From assembly GCF_963921235.1 (NCBI RefSeq), contig NW_026948255.1, positions 124,001 through 188,000 of the forward strand: 64,000 nucleotides of DNA, read 5' to 3'. The stretch's first letter is position 1; each line of letters opens with the position of its first letter. Source of the DNA: Mobula hypostoma. Its lineage: Eukaryota. Shown piece after piece: positions 59,501 through 64,000 of the stretch. Position numbers and translations under genes: made by a program. The notes below the pieces were generated by a model. That model saw only the letters and a list, made by a program, of their open reading frames with translations. It ran no database searches and had not been told where the DNA came from.

Positions 59501-60372
59501 GGTGAATTACCTTCGAAGCCCTGTCTGAAGTATGTGTCCGATGTGAGGAGAGACTTGTACGAGTTGGCTGAGGCGGCGGCCACCAAGCATAATCAGAGGA
59601 ATAAGAGGAGGTATGATCAGAAAGTAAAGTTTGCCCAACTATTGCCGGGAGACCGGGTCCTTATCCGGAATTTAGGACTACCTGGTGAGCACAAGTTGGC
59701 GGGATGCCGAATCTACCTGTTTACCGGGTGAGACCAGAGGATGGGAAGGGGTCTGTCAAGGTACTCCTTTGGAACCACCTGTTGCTTCTGGGTCGAGAGG
59801 TGAAGGTGGACACAGAGCCCGAATGGGAGTCTATGCCTAGTACAGGGACTCTCCAAGGGCGCGGGGCGAGGGAAGAGCCCGCTACGAAAGAAACCGGGCC
59901 GGTCCCCACCCCGAAAAGGAATACGTCATCGGAAGATGATGATTTGGACGTGTGGTACCTGTTTCCATTCGCTGATTCCCCGGTGCGGGGAGAAGAGACT
60001 CCTGGCCCTTCCCTCACTGAGTTAGGGGAACCGAGGGAGGGTGTTGCAGAGCCACCGGTAATACAGCCAGGATTGGGGGAGGACAGGGTGGAGCCAAAAC
60101 CTAAGGCAGAGGACTCAAAGGTGCTCAGGGGTCCCGGTGACGGGGAGGGTCCGACAGATAGGCCCGGGGGGTCACTTGAGGTGTCTGAACAGGGCGAGTC
60201 AGCAGAGGAAGTCCAGAGGCCTCAGAGGAGTAGGCATCCCCCAGGAGAGGTTGACCTCTACAGCGCCAGGAGAACAGGGTGTGATCTCTACTGCCCTGGA
60301 AAGTTATGTCACTGCTTTATGCACCTGGGTTGGGTTTTGTGTTTTGCAAGGAGCACTGGTGAACTCTGTTAA
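53560..60372 (+). pseudogene. pol: pol pseudogene (PR, RT, RNase H, IN) split by a CR1 at 57005-59480
   Basis: ILDTG (~53665), CVDYRTLN, YLDD, TDASDEGLGAVL, TDNNPL, HDDSGHLG...CxxC and HSDQGRDFES; the frame resumes at ~59490. Confidence 0.9.
57005..59480 (-). mobile_element. CR1 LINE (part of endonuclease plus RT) inserted in the Gypsy integrase
   Basis: ORFs 58316-59452, 57911-58255, 57506-57844 and 57185-57484; same 3' UTR and tail as 43493-44318. Confidence 0.93.
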
Positions 60373-61189
60373 CGTCATGAGGGCATGACTTTTATTGGTG
60401 GGGGGAGAGTGTACGGGATCTTTCTTTTTTATTAAATTTTAAATGGCTTCTTTGTTATGTTATACTAGGGAATGCTGAGAAAGTCTCTAACTAGACAGTT
60501 GCTTGGGTTATTATAGATAGCAGGGTTCTATTAGCCAATGGGTGGTCATGTATCGTTTTGTTTTCGGATACCATGCTGCATCATATGACTGTGCACGGGG
60601 TTTTGGTGGGGAGTCGGAGGAGAGACGAGGAGGACGGCGGACGTGCGGAGAGGCTCCGGTCGATCACTCTGGGTGGTCCCGAGCCGTGAGTCGACAGGGT
60701 CCGGGTGGTCATCTGGAATCGATTGAGCTCCAACTGTAGCGCGCGAAGAACTTGAACTTTGATAAGTGTTGGCGCCTTTTTTCCTCATTATTTCCCTTTC
60801 TGTACCGAATTTATATTAATGTTATAGAATTAATAATATCTATAAAGTGTACTTGTTAAAATTTACGGGGTGTGCTGGCTGATGATTGATGTTTGGGCTT
60901 GATTCGGGCGGCAACCGACCCTGTGGGGAGCGTTGAGGCGGGTGCTGGGTGGGATTTCCCCCAGACATATACAAGCCAATATAACGGAACGTTGCACATG
61001 TTTTTGTGTTTTTTACCAGCTCCACTGTGGAAAAAAATGGAGCATGTGATTCACAAATAACAATTCTCAGTTAAATTGATCAAAATCTCTGGTTGTATTA
61101 CTCCTATCTGTGAACAAAGGTTTGGGTGTTGAAAACTTTTAGAGGGTACTGCAGTTAAATAGATCAATATATAATACTGAGACGATGAA

Positions 61190-61560
61190 CTGTGGAATTT
61201 TTGGAAGTGTGTCCTTAGGTTGTGGGTTCAGTTTATCATGAGGTGAGTGAAGTTATCTACACTGGTTCAGCAGCCTGATGGTTGAAGGGAAGTAAATGCC
61301 CTTGATCTGGTGGTGTGAGACCTCAGGCTCCTGTACCTCCTGCCCAATGGTCTGAATAGTGAGGTCCTTCATGACGGACGCACTTTCTTGTATCAACGTT
61401 CCTTTAGATGTGTTCAATGTTGGGAACAGCTTTTCCTGCAATGGAGTGATGGCCCAGCTTGAGGGGCAGGGGGAAGATCTTTTGCTTCGATGTGTTGTCT
61501 TCTTATATCATGAGGTAGGAGGGGTCAAAGGAAGTAGTTCTAGAGCACAGTGTCCTGGTT
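61190..61560 (-). mobile_element. Rex1/L2-like LINE 3' remnant
   Basis: GRRYRSLRSHTTR and YFPSTIRLLN remnants on the minus strand. Confidence 0.55.
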
Positions 61561-62524
61561 TCTTTCCAGGTATTGATCAAGAGATTAAATGACTGCAGGA
61601 AACGGCCTCCAGGGGAATGTGGAGACAATAACGTGGGATTAAAGTAGGATCATTGGCAAAGGTATCGATGGCCAGCACATACTCAGTGAGCCAAAGGGCC
61701 TGTTTCTGTGTTGTATGACTCTATGACTCTCTCACCCTTCCACACTCACCTTCGCTGCCTTGCACTCTCATGCCCTCCACATTCTCCACACCCCATCCCC
61801 CGACACCTCAGACTGTACCAACATCTCATGCTTCAAACTGAGACACAGTGGAAGGCAAATGCTGTGAAAACCCCTCTGATCTCGATCTGTGTGTATGTGA
61901 TGGCAAACAGTGAGAACAGAACAGGGCAGAATTTACCAGAGGGATGTTCCTATTAGAAGCAAGAGTGAATCAGTTGGAATGTTTTGCAGAGAAACAGAAT
62001 ATTCAGCCGGAAAAACTACGCTTGTAAATGGCATCACTCTGACTCTGTTACGCAAGCGCCCCCACCCCCCCCCCGCCCAATTTTGTTTACCTTTATCCAG
62101 CTCACCACACTATTCCAGGAACTCTGTCTGTGAGCGAATTTGCATTTGTGGCTTTCAACATGTGATACCTGTATGATAGAAATGAACAGACCTTTGTTCT
62201 CAGTCTGTGTGTTTTCTGTTGTCTACAATTTCCTGTCTTTTGCCTCCCACTCTTCCTAAGGAATGGAGTGACATTTGTAATTTTCCATTCCTCTGAAACC
62301 ACTCCAGAATCCAGTAATTGTTGAAAGACAATGCCTTAAATTATTTCAGGCACCTCTTTCAGAACCTTGGAGTTTACTCCTCCTGATCCAGGGGACATCT
62401 ATTTTCAGAACTTTCGACCACCCGAGCAATTTCTTCGTAACAGCAACTACACTCACTTCTGCCCCAACATTCAAAATTCTGGCATAGTGGTGGTGTCTTT
62501 CACAGTGAGGATCAACACAAAACA

Positions 62525-64000
62525 AATGAGGTACTTGAAGAGTATAGAAAATGTTAGAAAATACTAAAGAAGGAAATCAGGAAGGCAAGAAGAAGACATG
62601 AAGTTGCTTTGGCAGATAATGTGAAGGTAAACCCCAAGGGTTTCTTCAAGTATATTAAGAGTAAAAGGATAGTAAGGGACAACATTTTTCCCCTAGAAGA
62701 TCAGAGTGGTTGTCTATGTGTGGAGCCTCACAAGATGGGGGAGATCTTAAAAAGTTTTTTTTTTTTTTTGCAGCTGTATTTACTCAGGGAACTGGGATAG
62801 CATATATGGAAGGAAGAGAACATATAGAGATTAAAGAGGTGGAGGTGTTTGCTGCCTTACAGAGAATAAAGGTAGAAAAATTCCCCTGGCCTGACATGAT
62901 ATTTCCTCAGACCTTGAGAGAGACTAGTGTACAATTTGCAGGGGCCCTGGCAGAAATATTTAAAATGTCATTAGCCACGGGTGCGGTGCTGGGGGATTGG
63001 AGGGTAGCTCATATTGTTCCGTTGTTTAAAAAAGGCTCCAAAAGTAAACCAGGTGACTAGTGGTGTGCCTCAGGGATCTGTGCTGGAACCATTGTTGTTT
63101 GTTGACTATATCAATCAACTAGATGATAATGTGGTAAATTAGATCAGCAAGTTTGCTGATGACACTAAGATTGGAGGCATTGTGGACAGCGAGCAAGGCT
63201 TTCAAAGCTTGCAGAGCGACCTGAACCAACTGGAAAAATGGCCCAGAAAATGGCAGTTGGAATTTAATGCAGACAAGTGTGAGGTGTTGCATTTTGGAAG
63301 GACAAGTCAAGGTAGGACATACACAGTAAATGGTAGGGCACTGAGGAATGCAGAGGAACAAAAGGATCTGGGAGTTCAGATACATAATTCCCTGAAAGTG
63401 GCGTCACAGGTAGACAGAGTTGTAAAGAAGGCTTTTTGCATCCTGGCATTCATAAATCAATGTATTGAGTATAGGAGTTGAAATGTTATGGGGAGGTTGT
63501 ATAAGACATTGGTGAGGCCAAATTTAGAATATTGTGTGCATTTCTGGTCACTTAACTATAGGAAGGATATCAGTAAGATTGAAAGAGTGCAGAGAAGATT
63601 TACTAGGATGTTGCCGGATCTTCAGGAGTTGAGTTACAGGGAAAGATTGAACAAGTTAGCACTTTATTCCTTGCAGCATAGAAGAATGAAGGGAGATCTG
63701 ATAGAGGTTTACAAAATTATGAGGGGAATAGATGGAATAAATGTGAGTAGACTCTTTCCACTTAGAGTAGGAGATATAAATATGAGAGGACATGGCTTTA
63801 GGGTGAAAGGGGAAAGATTTAGGAAGAACATTAGGGGAACTTCTTCACACAGAGTGTTGGGAGTGCGGAATAAGCTGCCATCTGATGTGATAAATGCGGG
63901 CTCACTCTTAAGTTTTAAGAATAAATTGAATAGATACATGGATGGGAGAAGTCTGGAAGGTTATGGACTGGGTGCAGGTCAATGGGACTAGCGGAATAAA
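62525..64000 (+). mobile_element. CR1 LINE with an internal deletion, running to the window end (a short minus-strand CR1 piece at ~62210-62510 precedes it)
   Basis: ORFs 62609-63991. FKKGSKSKPG joins directly to VTSGVPQGS at ~63055, so roughly 370 bp are missing relative to the copy at 34555-36050. Confidence 0.9.

Larger units (their letters stand above)
51536..60996 (+). mobile_element. Ty3/Gypsy LTR retrotransposon with PNMA-like gag, degenerate, carrying a CR1 insertion
   Basis: LTRs at 51536-52139 and 60410-60996 (TG...CA), PPT GGTGGGGGGAGAG before 60410, and gag, PR, RT, RH, IN in the standard Gypsy order. Confidence 0.93.

Noticed and set aside
59704-60372. env-like third ORF in the Gypsy element
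   Set aside because: No signal peptide, furin site or fusion peptide; it reads as the frameshifted Pro/Glu-rich tail of integrase.
61750-61860. Splice-flanked segment on the minus strand as an upstream NLR exon
   Set aside because: No frame resembles a known protein, and such splice-like signals occur by chance.

Overview
Repeat-rich vertebrate DNA, most likely from a cartilaginous fish (inferred from the CR1/HE1-type repeat content and the gene types). Host genes: (i) two head-to-head, two-exon GPR139/GPR142-like class A GPCR genes, one intact (21850-23388, +, 323 aa) and one with an in-frame stop (11275-14103, -); (ii) the first two coding exons and TATA-less promoter of an Ig-superfamily gene with a disulfide-less, CEACAM/HEPACAM-type IgV domain (38955-39521, -); (iii) two orphan copies of an exon resembling the N-terminal domain of chondrichthyan NLR proteins (30755-30928 and 48571-48742, -). 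Most of the rest is mobile DNA: a Gmr1-type Gypsy element with the unusual PR-IN-RT-RH order (812-7253, -), a truncated endogenous retrovirus with a tRNA-Arg primer site (~48783-51535) that is itself interrupted by a solo LTR and a PNMA-gag Gypsy element (51536-60996), many nested CR1 LINEs, and L1, Rex1-like, RTE, Penelope-type and SINE fragments. The most interesting signal is that the two strongly diverged GPCR paralogs share an identical bipartite promoter element (TGTTTGTTCA-N5-CTGTAACTAA), a GTGTATAA box, a similar downstream motif and a 70-nt first coding exon, while their predicted ligand-pocket segments differ. This pattern fits a co-regulated receptor repertoire, possibly chemosensory. 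All assignments were made by eye; no database search was run.
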